Positions 10,738-20,156 of a DNA stretch of 64,000 bases are shown in pieces. The stretch is from an uncultured Pseudomonadota bacterium (GTDB lineage Bacteria > Pseudomonadota > Alphaproteobacteria > JACZXZ01): positions 1,248,001 to 1,312,000 of the forward strand of contig CAVVLJ010000016.1 in the NCBI GenBank assembly GCA_963749075.1, read 5' to 3'. Every line of letters starts with the position of its first letter. Positions within the stretch are counted from its first letter, which is position 1. A program made the position numbers and the translations under genes. The notes under the pieces are model-generated. The model did no database searches. It was given only the letters and a program-made list of their open reading frames with translations, and was not told the origin of the DNA.

Positions 10738-11632
10738 GGCGAGCGACGGGCGCGGCGCGCGCCTCGGCGCCGCTCTCGCGGTGGAGCGCCACGCCGGCGA
10801 TGACGAGCGCGATGCCGCCGAGCTCAGCCATGGTCGGCATCTGGTGCAGCACGAGGATGCCGATCGCGCTGGCAGTGGCCGGGAGCAAGGCGAGAAGCAG
10901 GGCGAAGGTGGCGCGCGGCAGGCGCGCCATGGCGAGCTGGTCGCACACGTAGGGGATCACCGAGGAGGAGATGCCGACGCCGATGCCGGCCGCGAGGAGG
11001 AGCGGATGGCTGAAGGCCGGTGCCGCGTCGGCGATGCCGATCGGAAGGGCTGCCACCATGGCCACCAGCATGGCGGCACCCAGCCGGTCGATGCCGACGC
11101 CGCCGCCCTCGCCCGCGATGCGGTGGCCGAGCACCACATAGAGCATGAAGAGCGCGCAATTGGCGAAGGCGAAGAGAAAGCCGAGGGGCGCTCCGGCGAT
11201 GCGCACGTCGGTCAGCACATAGACGCCCGCCGCGGCAAGTGCCAAAGCCGCGAAATTGCGCCGCGTGCGCATGCCGGCGGCGGCGAGCCCGATGGGACCC
11301 AGGAACTCGATGGCGCCGACCGTGCCGAGCGGCAGCCGGTCGATCGCCAGATAGAAGCAGACGTTCATCAGGGCGAGCACGACCCCGAGCGTGACGATGG
11401 TGCGCTGGGCCTGGCGGCCGGCCGCACGGAAATAGCGCCATGGCCGGCGCCATAAGGCGAAAACGACCGCGGCGCTGGCGATCCTCAGCCAGGCCACGCC
11501 GAGCGGTGCGACCGCCGCGAAGAGGAGCACGGCAAAGGCCGGCCCCAGGTAATGGAAGACGGCGCTCACCAGGAAGAAGAGGTGCGGCGGCAAGCGCTCG
11601 GCGAGCGGCGGGGCGGCGGAACGGGCTGTCAT
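10715..11632 (-). CDS. EamA/RhtA-family (DMT) transporter
   Basis: Hydrophobic throughout; FYLAIDRLPLGTVGAIEFLGP; divergent from Lrp regulator. Confidence 0.88.
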   Translation of the reverse strand: MTARSAAPPLAERLPPHLFFLVSAVFHYLGPAFAVLLFAAVAPLGVAWLRIASAAVVFALWRRPWRYFRAAGRQAQRTIVTLGVVLALMNVCFYLAIDRLPLGTVGAIEFLGPIGLAAAGMRTRRNFAALALAAAGVYVLTDVRIAGAPLGFLFAFANCALFMLYVVLGHRIAGEGGGVGIDRLGAAMLVAMVAALPIGIADAAPAFSHPLLLAAGIGVGISSSVIPYVCDQLAMARLPRATFALLLALLPATASAIGILVLHQMPTMAELGGIALVIAGVALHRESGAEARAAPVARLTPIADT

Positions 11633-11726
11633 GGCGCCGCGATGATCGCAGCCGCAATCAGGGATGTGGATGGCGGCTTCAAGGTGTTATTGTGTATTTG
11701 CCTTCGATTTGAAAGGAAAGAGCGCA

Positions 11727-12203
11727 ATGCGCCTTCGTATGTCGGAGCTCCTCACGGACGCCCGCAACGTCGAGCTGCTCCGCCTCCTCAGCGGCGATCC
11801 GCGCATGAGCGTTGCGGCGCTGGCGCGCCGCATCGGCATGTCGGCGCCCGCGGTGCGCGAGCGCATTCAGCGCCTGGAGGAGGCGGGCGTCATCGCGGGC
11901 TACCGGCTGGAGATCGCACCCGAGGCGCTCGGCTACCCGGTCGCCGTCTTCGTGCGCATCCGCCCCATGCCGGGGAAGCTCGCGAAGATCGCCGAGCTGG
12001 CGCGCGGCATGCCGCAAGTGACGGAATGCCATCGCATCACCGGCGAGGACTGCTTCATCTTGAAGCTCAATATCGCGGCGATCGAGGAGCTCGACCGCGT
12101 GCTCGACCGCTTCCTCGCCTATGGCCAGACCACGACCTCGCTGGTGCAATCGACGCCCGTGCCGCCCAGAGCACTCCCGCTCCCCGGCGAGCGGCGGGAG
12201 TGA
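11727..12203 (+). CDS. Lrp/AsnC-family transcriptional regulator
   Basis: HTH (LARRIGMSAPAVRERIQRLEEAGVIAGY) and ECHRITGEDCF. Confidence 0.92.
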   Translation: MRLRMSELLTDARNVELLRLLSGDPRMSVAALARRIGMSAPAVRERIQRLEEAGVIAGYRLEIAPEALGYPVAVFVRIRPMPGKLAKIAELARGMPQVTECHRITGEDCFILKLNIAAIEELDRVLDRFLAYGQTTTSLVQSTPVPPRALPLPGERRE

Positions 12204-12230
12204 GGCGAGGCGCTTGCAGCGACATCGGCG

Positions 12231-12343
12231 GTCCTTCGAGGCGCAACCCTTTCGGGTTGCTCCTCAGGATGAGGAAAATTTGTGTGTGGCAGAAAGACAT
12301 CTCCTCGTCCTGAGGAGCGAGCGCAGCGAGCGTCTCGAAGGAC
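12231..12343. repeat. REP-like inverted pair (CCTTCGAG...GCTCCTCAGGATGAG family)
   Basis: 12231-12275 and 12302-12343 are imperfect reverse complements, between convergent genes. Confidence 0.75.
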
Positions 12344-12383
12344 CCGCCGCGGCCGGTCCGAGGCGCCTTGGCATAGTGCCGGG

Positions 12384-12926
12384 CTAGCCGCGCCCCTTCT
12401 CCGGCGGCGCCTCGGCGAGCGCGATCTCGACCATGAGGTCGCCGGCGAGGCGCTCGAGGACCTCGCGCAGCTCGGCCGCCGTCGTCGTCGCAGGCGCGCT
12501 CAAGCGCGCCGTCGCGCGGAAGATCGCGGCACCCGACATGGAGCCGCTCGCGATCTCGGTGGCGAGCTCCTCGATGTTGACGCCGCGCTCCGCCAGCGCC
12601 CGGGCGACCTCGCGGACGATGCCGGGATGGTCGTGGCCCATGAGCTCGAGCGTGAAAGCCTCGCGGCCGGCGGGCAGCGCTCCCCGCGAGCTCTTCTCCA
12701 CGCTGACGCTGAGGCCTTCGCCGGCGAGCCCGTGCAGTGCTTCGACGAGTGCCGCCGACTTGGCCTCGGGCACGCTCACCCGGACGATGCCGGCGAATTC
12801 GCCGGCGAGGCGCGCCATTCGGCTTTCGAGCCAATTGCCGTCGCACGCCGCGACCTTCTCGGAGAGCGCGCGCACCAAGCCCGGCCGGTCCTTGCCGATG
12901 ACCGTGAGGATGAGCAAGTCCGTCAT
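12384..12926 (-). CDS. tandem ACT-domain protein (GcvR-like)
   Basis: LTVIGKDRPGLV...NWLESRMARLAGEFAG and GHDHPGIV...NIEEL. Confidence 0.88.
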   Translation of the reverse strand: MTDLLILTVIGKDRPGLVRALSEKVAACDGNWLESRMARLAGEFAGIVRVSVPEAKSAALVEALHGLAGEGLSVSVEKSSRGALPAGREAFTLELMGHDHPGIVREVARALAERGVNIEELATEIASGSMSGAAIFRATARLSAPATTTAAELREVLERLAGDLMVEIALAEAPPEKGRG

Positions 12927-13273
12927 CGCGACGATCCTTCGCCCGTCTCGTCATCCTCCGCCAATGCCGCGCGGATGGCATCGCGCACCGCAGACGGCTG
13001 GCGCTCGACGGCGCGCGTCACGGTCTTGAGCGTGGCGCGCAGCTCGTAGAGCTGATCGAGCAGCGAGAGCACGAGCGGCACGGTCTCCTCGCCGACCTCG
13101 AGCTCGTGGCGGAGGTCGTAGATGAGGCGCACGCGCGCCACGTCGATCTCGTGGAAGAGCCAGCCGCCCTCCTCGGCCGGCTCGGGCTCGACCCAGCGGC
13201 GCTCGATCCAGGCCGCGAGCTCGGCCGTCCCGAGGTCGGGGAAGAGTGCTGCCATGGCCGCGAAGCGCATCAT
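12923..13273 (-). CDS. cbpM: chaperone modulator CbpM (MerR-like)
   Basis: DVARVRLIYDLRHEL...VLSLLDQ; immediately downstream of cbpA. Confidence 0.85.
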   Translation of the reverse strand: MMRFAAMAALFPDLGTAELAAWIERRWVEPEPAEEGGWLFHEIDVARVRLIYDLRHELEVGEETVPLVLSLLDQLYELRATLKTVTRAVERQPSAVRDAIRAALAEDDETGEGSSR

Positions 13274-14166
13274 GTGCCGGCCATCCCCTTGCGCGGATCG
13301 TAAGCATGCCGCGGCTCCCAGCTCTTGAGGAACTCGGCGAGCGCGGGCTCCGCACCCGGCGGCAGCGCCACCTTGAGCACGGCATATTGATGGCCGCCGC
13401 CGATGCCGCGGCCCTTGAGCCTGAGCCGCGTGCCGCTCGTCGAGTGGGGCGGGATGGCGAGGCTGACCGGCCCGCGGATGGTCGGCACCTGCACCTTGGC
13501 ACCGAGCACCGCCTCCTTGAGGGTGACGGGAAGCTCGATCAGCACGTCGTCGCCCTCGCGGCGGAAGAGCGGGTGGGGCGCCACGCGCACCTCGATGAGC
13601 GCATCGCCCGGCGGCCCCTCGCCGAGGCCGGGCAGGCCCTGGCCCTTGAGCCGCAGCACCTGGCCGTCCTTGAGCCCGGCCGGCACGGTCACGTCGAGGG
13701 TGCGTCCGTCGGGCAGGCCCAGGCGGCGCACCGTGCCGTTGGCGGCGTCGAGGAAATCGACGGCGAGCGTGTAGTGCGCGTCCGGCCCGCGCGCCGTGAA
13801 CCCCCCCTGGCCGAAGCGGTCGCGGAAGGCCTGGCCGAAGATGCTCTCGAGGTCGTCGGGGCTGAAGGCCTGCTCGGAGCGGTACTTGGCGCGGTGGCCC
13901 TCGTCGCCGAAGTCGCGGTAGAAGCGGCGCTCGCTCGGCCGCTCGGCGCCGCTGGCGTCGATCTCGCCGCGGTCGAAGCGCCCGCGCTTCTCCGCATCGG
14001 AGAGCAGGTCGTAGGCCGAAGCGATGGCCTTGAAGCGCTCCTCGGCATCCTTCTTGCCGGGATTGAGGTCCGGGTGGTAGCGCTTGGCGAGCTTGCGATA
14101 AGCCGCCCGGATGGCCTCCGCCGAGGCGCTGCGCTCGACGCCGAGCGTCTTGTAGGGATCGTCCAT
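13270..14166 (-). CDS. cbpA: DnaJ-class protein (CbpA-like, no Zn finger)
   Basis: DPYKTLGV, HPD motif, DnaJ C-terminal LRLKGQG/LRLKGRG. Confidence 0.88.
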   Translation of the reverse strand: MDDPYKTLGVERSASAEAIRAAYRKLAKRYHPDLNPGKKDAEERFKAIASAYDLLSDAEKRGRFDRGEIDASGAERPSERRFYRDFGDEGHRAKYRSEQAFSPDDLESIFGQAFRDRFGQGGFTARGPDAHYTLAVDFLDAANGTVRRLGLPDGRTLDVTVPAGLKDGQVLRLKGQGLPGLGEGPPGDALIEVRVAPHPLFRREGDDVLIELPVTLKEAVLGAKVQVPTIRGPVSLAIPPHSTSGTRLRLKGRGIGGGHQYAVLKVALPPGAEPALAEFLKSWEPRHAYDPRKGMAGT

Positions 14167-14200
14167 GGCGGCGGAGAATATCCCAGCCCTCGCGGCGGCG

Positions 14201-14941
14201 CTACGGCACTGGCGCCTTCTCCGAGCGGCCGGCGATGGCGCGGGACTTGCGCGCGGCAAGGGCCGCCGCCTCGGGCGGCACCACGATGCCGCTCGAGAGG
14301 ATCATCTTCATCGCCGCATCGACGCTCATCTCGAGCGGCATCACCTTGTCGCGCGGCACGAAGATGAGATAGCCGCCCGTAGGGTTGGGCGTGGTCGGCA
14401 CCATGATGCTGACGACGTTGGCCGGCAGGCGCGCCTGGATCTCGCCCGCCGTCTCGGCTGTGACGAAGCCGAGCGTCCAGCTTCCGGCGTGGGGCCACTC
14501 CACCAGCACGACCTGGCGGAAGGCGCTCGCCTTTTGCGAGAAGACCGCCTCGACGAGCTGCTTGACGGCGCTGTAGATGCCGCTGATGACCGGCATGCGC
14601 ACGAGCAGCATCTCGGAGAGGCGCACGAAGACGCGGCCGACGTAGCCGGCGGTCATGGCGCCGATCAGCGTCACCGCCACGAGCACGACGACGAGGCCGA
14701 GGCCGGGGATGCCGAAGGGCAGGTAGCTGTTCGGATTGTAGGCCTCGGGGATGAGCGGGTTGACCCGCGAGTCGACGAAATCGAGGACGAGATAGGCGAT
14801 GTAGAAGGTGATGCTGACGGGGGCCATCACCAGCACCCCGGCGAGGAAATAGGCGCGCATGCGGGCGCCGAAGGTGAGCGGCGGCACGCCCGCCCTGCCC
14901 TCGCCCTCCGTCGTCCGCGGCTGCAGCGGCTTCTCCGGCAT
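14201..14941 (-). CDS. DUF502-family membrane protein
   Basis: YFLAG, IYSAVKQL, VPTTPNPTGGYL, MKMILSSG. Confidence 0.88.
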   Translation of the reverse strand: MPEKPLQPRTTEGEGRAGVPPLTFGARMRAYFLAGVLVMAPVSITFYIAYLVLDFVDSRVNPLIPEAYNPNSYLPFGIPGLGLVVVLVAVTLIGAMTAGYVGRVFVRLSEMLLVRMPVISGIYSAVKQLVEAVFSQKASAFRQVVLVEWPHAGSWTLGFVTAETAGEIQARLPANVVSIMVPTTPNPTGGYLIFVPRDKVMPLEMSVDAAMKMILSSGIVVPPEAAALAARKSRAIAGRSEKAPVP

Positions 14942-15033
14942 CTCGGCACTCCGTTCGTCGCTTGCCGGCCCCCGAGCAAGAGATTGGGCGGCGGCGCCGG
15001 GGCAAGTGCCCGGCCCTGCGCGGCGCTGCCACC

Positions 15034-15282
15034 TCAGCGCATGCGCAGCGCCTGGTCCGCCTTGGCCACGTCGCGCATGCAGCGGTCGGCCTCGCGCATG
15101 GTGAGCGCGCGCCGCGCCTCGTCGAGCAGCGCCTCGATGATGCGCCGCTTGCCCGGATCATAGACGTGCTGCAACAGCGCCTCGACCTTGAGGATCTCGA
15201 GATCGCAGGGTGCGGCAAAGCTCGCGGGCGCACCGAGCGCAGAGCCGGCGGCGATGAGCATCGCCAGTATGACGGTCCGCAT
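15034..15282 (-). CDS. small secreted hypothetical protein (2 Cys)
   Basis: GAGGAGG RBS; signal peptide ending ASFA; helical mature region. Confidence 0.6.
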   Translation of the reverse strand: MRTVILAMLIAAGSALGAPASFAAPCDLEILKVEALLQHVYDPGKRRIIEALLDEARRALTMREADRCMRDVAKADQALRMR

Positions 15283-15763
15283 GATCGCCCCCCTCCTCGC
15301 TCACCCTCACTGTGGGCGAGCCCCCTCGCGGCGACAAGTGAAAAGTGCGGCGGCAGCCGGCCGCGCGCGCATCGAGCCATGCTCGCCGTCGTCTCACATG
15401 AGCGCCCCGGCCGCGATCCTCCTGGCCGCGATCCTCCTTGTACGCTCGCGCGAGCTAGCATAGATTCGCGGTCAATAGCGCCGATCGTCGTGGCACACGG
15501 AGCCCTGGCGGACGCATGAGAGCCTGACGGCCGGGGGGACGCTGGTCAGGCGGGCCGTCAAGGGAAGCCGCGGACATCGCGGCTTGGCCGCTGGTCAGAG
15601 TGCGCGACGAAAGAAAAGCTGCATGGAATGGGCGGCCGAAGTGCTGAGCTATCCGGGATGCCTTGCGCATCGGGGAGGCATTCTCGTGCCGCGTCGGCGA
15701 GGCCGGTGACGCGGGCCGGGAGAGAGGGCGGCGGCGCCGCGATCCAGTGCAGGAGTGGGGGGC

Positions 15764-17263
15764 ATGGCGGGGGGATTTTTTCGACGCTCGCTTCGCGACG
15801 GGCTCCTGATCGGGACCGCGCTGCCGATGCTCACGGCGGTGCTCGGGCTGGCCGCGATTTCCGCGGCCGCCGAGACGCCGGTGGGCGTCACCTCGGCGGT
15901 CAACCCCGACGCCATCGGCCAACCGCCGAACGAGCCGGAGCGGGCGCTCGTGGTCGGCCACAACGTCATGCACAACGAGCGCATCACGACGCGCGGCATG
16001 GGCCAGACGCAGATTCTCTTCGCCGATCAATCGTCGCTCACCGTGGCGCCCAATTCGGAAGTGGTGATCGACGAGTTCGTCTACGACCCCGAGAAACAGA
16101 TCGGCAGCATGGTGGCGAACGTTGCCACCGGCCTCTTGCGCTATGTCGGCGGCAAGGTGAGCAAACAGAAGGACGTTACCTTCACCACCCCCTCGGCCGC
16201 CATTACCGTCCGCGGCGGCATCTTGTTCATCGACGCAGGTCCCGGCAATCAGGTCACCTCGGCCTTTGCCTTCGGCGACTATATGTGCGTGCTCGCGAGC
16301 GGCCGGAAGGTCTGCACCGAGCTTCCGGGCACGGCCATTCTCGTAGGCGGGCCGGGTCAGCCGCCGTCGGCACCCTTCCCCATCGGGTTTGCCCAGCTCC
16401 AGGGCTGGGTCGGCGGGTTCCAAGGCGGCAACCCGGGGTCTCTCGCCAGCTTCATCGGCGCGCTGCCGCCAGGGAACGGCCCGGGCAATTTCAATGCGCC
16501 GCTCGGCAGCAACATACCTATCACCTTCACCAATGGCGGGCCGCAGACGTTCATCGTCACGACCTCGCCGACGCCCACGCCGACGCCGACGCCGACACCA
16601 ACACCAACGCCTACCCCAACGCCGACACCGACGCCTACCCCCACACCGACGCCTACCCCCACGCCGACGCCGACACCTACCCCCACACCGACGCCTACTC
16701 CCACGCCCACGCCGACACCCACCCCCACACCGACACCCACCCCCACACCGACACCCACCCCCACCCCGACGCCCACTCCCACTCCGACGCCGACTCCCAC
16801 TCCGACGCCAACACCGACGCCTTGCACCACGGACGGCCCTGCCAATACCCCTACGTGCACGGGGACGAAGCAATCTTCGCTCGCGCAGTCCTCTTCGGCG
16901 CAGGCGACAGTGATGCTGCCGCTCCCTCTGCAGCCGATCGCGGCGCCAGGCGAACCGGCCCTGCCGTTGGCTTCAGCCAACGGCGACCGCTACAGCTTCT
17001 CCGGCCCCTTCTCCGGCAGCGTCGGAAGCGCTTGGCCAGGTGCCCTGCTTGGCGGGAGCTCGGAGAGCGTGGCTCGCGACCAGCAGAAGATCTTCGCCGA
17101 TCGCGACTCCCTCATGCGCGCCTTGGCCAAGCGCGAGCGCATGGCTATCGACCGCAGGAGATGGGCGGAGTGGCGCAACCGTCTCGGTCATTTTGCGCGG
17201 CAGGCGATCGGCGGCCATGGGCGTGGCGGAGGTTCCCCGAAGGGCGGTCCCGGAACCCTCTGA
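15764..17263 (+). CDS. FecR-domain exported protein with long Pro-Thr tract
   Basis: Signal-like hydrophobic segment, then VGVTSAVNP...[27 protein letters not shown]...ITVRGG; start codon uncertain. Confidence 0.75.
   Translation: MAGGFFRRSLRDGLLIGTALPMLTAVLGLAAISAAAETPVGVTSAVNPDAIGQPPNEPERALVVGHNVMHNERITTRGMGQTQILFADQSSLTVAPNSEVVIDEFVYDPEKQIGSMVANVATGLLRYVGGKVSKQKDVTFTTPSAAITVRGGILFIDAGPGNQVTSAFAFGDYMCVLASGRKVCTELPGTAILVGGPGQPPSAPFPIGFAQLQGWVGGFQGGNPGSLASFIGALPPGNGPGNFNAPLGSNIPITFTNGGPQTFIVTTSPTPTPTPTPTPTPTPTPTPTPTPTPTPTPTPTPTPTPTPTPTPTPTPTPTPTPTPTPTPTPTPTPTPTPTPTPTPTPTPTPTPTPCTTDGPANTPTCTGTKQSSLAQSSSAQATVMLPLPLQPIAAPGEPALPLASANGDRYSFSGPFSGSVGSAWPGALLGGSSESVARDQQKIFADRDSLMRALAKRERMAIDRRRWAEWRNRLGHFARQAIGGHGRGGGSPKGGPGTL
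16568..16822 (+). repeat. coding tandem repeat (Pro-Thr)42-Pro
   Basis: CCN-ACN hexamer repeat with variable third positions. Confidence 0.95.
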
Positions 17264-17396
17264 GGCCGAATAAGCCGGCCGAGCGGAAAGATTGCGCGGG
17301 CGCGTGTCCCTTCGGCTCGCCGCTGTGGACCTCGTGCGACCCGCCGCGCTACTATCGCCGCCGCGCCATGCAACGAAACCACCTTGGGGAGGCACC

Positions 17397-17723
17397 GTGC
17401 CGAAACCTCCGTCATCCGCCGCCCGCGACAACATCCGCGCCTTCGCACCCAAGCTCGTCGAGCTCACCGAAAGCGTGCTCTTCGGCGACGTGTGGGAGCG
17501 CCCCGGGCTTTCCAAGCGCGACCGCAGCCTCATCACCGTGGCGACGCTCGTGGCGCTCAACCGCAGCGAGCAGCTGCGCGGCCATCTCCTGCGCGCCCTC
17601 CATAACGGCGTCACCGAGGCCGAGATCATCGAGCTGATCACGCACCTGGCGTTCTATTCCGGCTGGCCGACGGCCATGTCGGCGGCGACGCTGGCGAAGG
17701 ACGTGTTCGAGAAGCAGGCCTAG
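17397..17723 (+). CDS. carboxymuconolactone decarboxylase (CMD) family protein
   Basis: LFGDVWERPGLSKRDRSLIT, HLAFYSGWP; GGGAGG RBS before GTG. Confidence 0.9.
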   Translation: MPKPPSSAARDNIRAFAPKLVELTESVLFGDVWERPGLSKRDRSLITVATLVALNRSEQLRGHLLRALHNGVTEAEIIELITHLAFYSGWPTAMSAATLAKDVFEKQA

Positions 17724-17766
17724 CGGCGGCGCGCAACGCCGGACTTCCCTCACATCGGAGGCAAGC

Positions 17767-18708
17767 ATGCAGGTGGGCTTCATCGGGCTCGGCACCATGG
17801 GTGCCAGCATGGCGGCGAATTTGCAGAAGGCCGGCTATCGGCTGGTGGTGCACGACGCACGCCGCGCCGCGGCGGAGCAGCATCTGGCGCGCGGCGCCGT
17901 GTGGGCCGGCTCGCCGCGCGAGGTCGCCGAGACGGCCGAGGTGGTGTTCAGCTCGCTGCCCGGGCCGCCCGAGGTCGAGGCGGTGGCGCTCGGCGCCGAC
18001 GGCCTCTTGCCGGCCACCCGTCCGGGCAGCACCTATTTCGATCTCTCGACCAATGCCCCCGCCACGATGCGCCGCATCCATGCCGCCTTCGCCGAGCGCG
18101 GCGCTTACGTGCTCGATGCGCCGGTGAGCGGCGGGCCGCGCGGTGCGGCGAGCGGCAAGCTCGCCATCTGGGTCGGCGGCGACGAGGCGGTCTTCAAGGT
18201 GCGCCGGCCGCTCCTCGACGCCATCGGCGATCAGGCGCGCTACATCGGGCCGATCGGCGCCGGCACGGTCGCCAAGCTCGTGCACAACTGCGCGGGCTAC
18301 GCCATCCAGCGCGCGCTCTCCGAGGTCTTCACCATGGGCGTCAAGGCCGGCGTCGAGCCCCTCGCCCTCTGGGAGGCGGTGCGCCAGGGTGCGGCGGGAC
18401 GGCGGCGCACCTTCGATGCGCTGGTCGACCAGTTCCTGCCGGGCGTCTTCGACCCGGCGGCCTTCTCCCTGCGCCTTGCCCACAAGGACGTTTCGCTCGC
18501 CACGGCGCTCGGCCGCGAGGTCGGCGTGCCCATGCCGATGGCGGAGCTGGCGCTGGCCGAGCTCTCGGAGGCGCTGGCGCGCGGCTGGGGCAGCCGCGAT
18601 TCGCGCGCCGCCATGCTGCTGCAGGAGGAGCGCGCCGGCGTCAGCATTGCGGTCGATCGAGCCGAGTTGCAGCGCGCCGTCGAGCGCGACGGCCGCCCCC
18701 AGGCGTAG
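17767..18708 (+). CDS. NAD(P)-dependent beta-hydroxyacid dehydrogenase (3-hydroxyisobutyrate DH family)
   Basis: GFIGLGTMG, DAPVSGG, AKLVHN, HKD. Confidence 0.92.
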   Translation: MQVGFIGLGTMGASMAANLQKAGYRLVVHDARRAAAEQHLARGAVWAGSPREVAETAEVVFSSLPGPPEVEAVALGADGLLPATRPGSTYFDLSTNAPATMRRIHAAFAERGAYVLDAPVSGGPRGAASGKLAIWVGGDEAVFKVRRPLLDAIGDQARYIGPIGAGTVAKLVHNCAGYAIQRALSEVFTMGVKAGVEPLALWEAVRQGAAGRRRTFDALVDQFLPGVFDPAAFSLRLAHKDVSLATALGREVGVPMPMAELALAELSEALARGWGSRDSRAAMLLQEERAGVSIAVDRAELQRAVERDGRPQA

Positions 18709-18740
18709 GGCGCGCGCAGACGCGCTTCCATGAGGCCGCC

Positions 18741-20153
18741 ATGAGCAAGACCTCCACCCGCAGCTTGAAAGCCACCGCCGCGGCACTGCGCAGCGGCGAG
18801 CTCGCCGCCCTCGAGCTCGCCGAGTCGGCGATCGCGCGCCACGCCGATCTCGGCGGCCCGCTCAACGCCTACAAGAGCTGGAACCCCGACGAGGCGCTCT
18901 TGCAGGCGCGCGCCGCGGACGCCGTCTTCGCGAGCGGCACGGCACTGGGCCCGCTCCACGGCATCCCGGTCTCGGTCAAGGATCTCTACGGCGTCAAGGG
19001 CTGGCCGACCTTTGCCGGCACGCCGAGGCGGCTGCCGCCCAAGTGGGAGAGCGAGGGACCGGTTGTCGCCGCGCTGCGCCGCCAGCTCGGCGTCGTGATG
19101 GGCAAGAGCCACACGGTCGAGCTCGCCTTCGGCGGCCTCGGCGTCAATCCCCACTGGGGCACGCCGCGCAACCCGTGGGACGCCAAGTCGCACCGCGTGC
19201 CCGGCGGCTCCTCGAGCGGTGCCGGGGTGAGCCTCTGGGAGGGCTCGGCCCTGGCAGCACTCGGCAGCGACACGGCCGGCTCCGTGCGCATCCCCGCGAG
19301 CATGACCGGCACGGTCGGCCTCAAGACGAGCTTCGGGCGCTGGCCCGTGGCGGGCATCGTGCCCTTGAGCAAGAGCCTCGATACGGCGGGCGTGCTCGCG
19401 CGGAGCGTGGCCGACGCGGCCTACGCCTTTGCCGCACTCGATCCCGCCTGGGGCAGCGCCGAGGCGCTCGAGGCGCGCATCGCCGGGCTCGAGCTCTCGC
19501 GCGTGCGCATCGGCATCGCGGCAGCACCGCTGTGGGACAACTGCATGCCGGGCGTCGCCGAAGCGGCGCGCGCAGCGCTCGACGAGCTCGCGGCGAAAGG
19601 GGCGCAGCTCAAGGACTTCGCACTCCCCGAAGCCGCCGACGCCCGCGAGCTCCTGCGCTCGGGCAGCGTCGTCTCGGCCGAGTGCGACGCCTTCCTCGAG
19701 AGCGAGCTCCCGGAGTGGCGCGAGCTCATCGATCCCATCATCAAGATCCGCATCGCCGACGGCGGCGCCATCAGCGCGCGCGAGCTCCTCTTGCGCTACC
19801 GCAAGCTTGCGGAGCTCTCCCGCTCGGCCGCAGAGCGCTTCGCCGCCTGCGACGTGATCGCGCTCCCGACCGTGCCCGTGACGCCGCCCACCCTCGACGA
19901 GGTCGCCGATCTCGCAGCCTACCGGCGCGCCAACATCGCCGCTCTCGGCAACACCTGCGTTGCCAACTACCTGACCCTCTGCGCCCTCACCATGCCGGCG
20001 GGCCTCGATGCGGCCGGCATGCCGGTCGGGCTCATGCTCATGGCGCCCTTCGGCCAGGAGGAGCGCCTCCTCGCCATCGCACTCGCCGTTGAACGCGCGC
20101 TCGGCACGCCGCGCGAGCGGCTCGGAGCGCCGCCTCTCGCACCGGATGCGTGA
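18741..20153 (+). CDS. amidase signature family protein
   Basis: GPLHGIPVSVKD, PGGSSSG, GSDTAGSVRIPAS. Confidence 0.92.
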   Translation: MSKTSTRSLKATAAALRSGELAALELAESAIARHADLGGPLNAYKSWNPDEALLQARAADAVFASGTALGPLHGIPVSVKDLYGVKGWPTFAGTPRRLPPKWESEGPVVAALRRQLGVVMGKSHTVELAFGGLGVNPHWGTPRNPWDAKSHRVPGGSSSGAGVSLWEGSALAALGSDTAGSVRIPASMTGTVGLKTSFGRWPVAGIVPLSKSLDTAGVLARSVADAAYAFAALDPAWGSAEALEARIAGLELSRVRIGIAAAPLWDNCMPGVAEAARAALDELAAKGAQLKDFALPEAADARELLRSGSVVSAECDAFLESELPEWRELIDPIIKIRIADGGAISARELLLRYRKLAELSRSAAERFAACDVIALPTVPVTPPTLDEVADLAAYRRANIAALGNTCVANYLTLCALTMPAGLDAAGMPVGLMLMAPFGQEERLLAIALAVERALGTPRERLGAPPLAPDA

Positions 20154-20156
20154 CGC

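Noticed and set aside
16357-16980. Poly-(Gly-Val) ORF on the minus strand and His/Arg/Pro-rich ORFs in other frames; possible CRISPR-like array
   Set aside because: Shadows of the (PT)n tract; hexamer periodicity with wobble variation and no spacers
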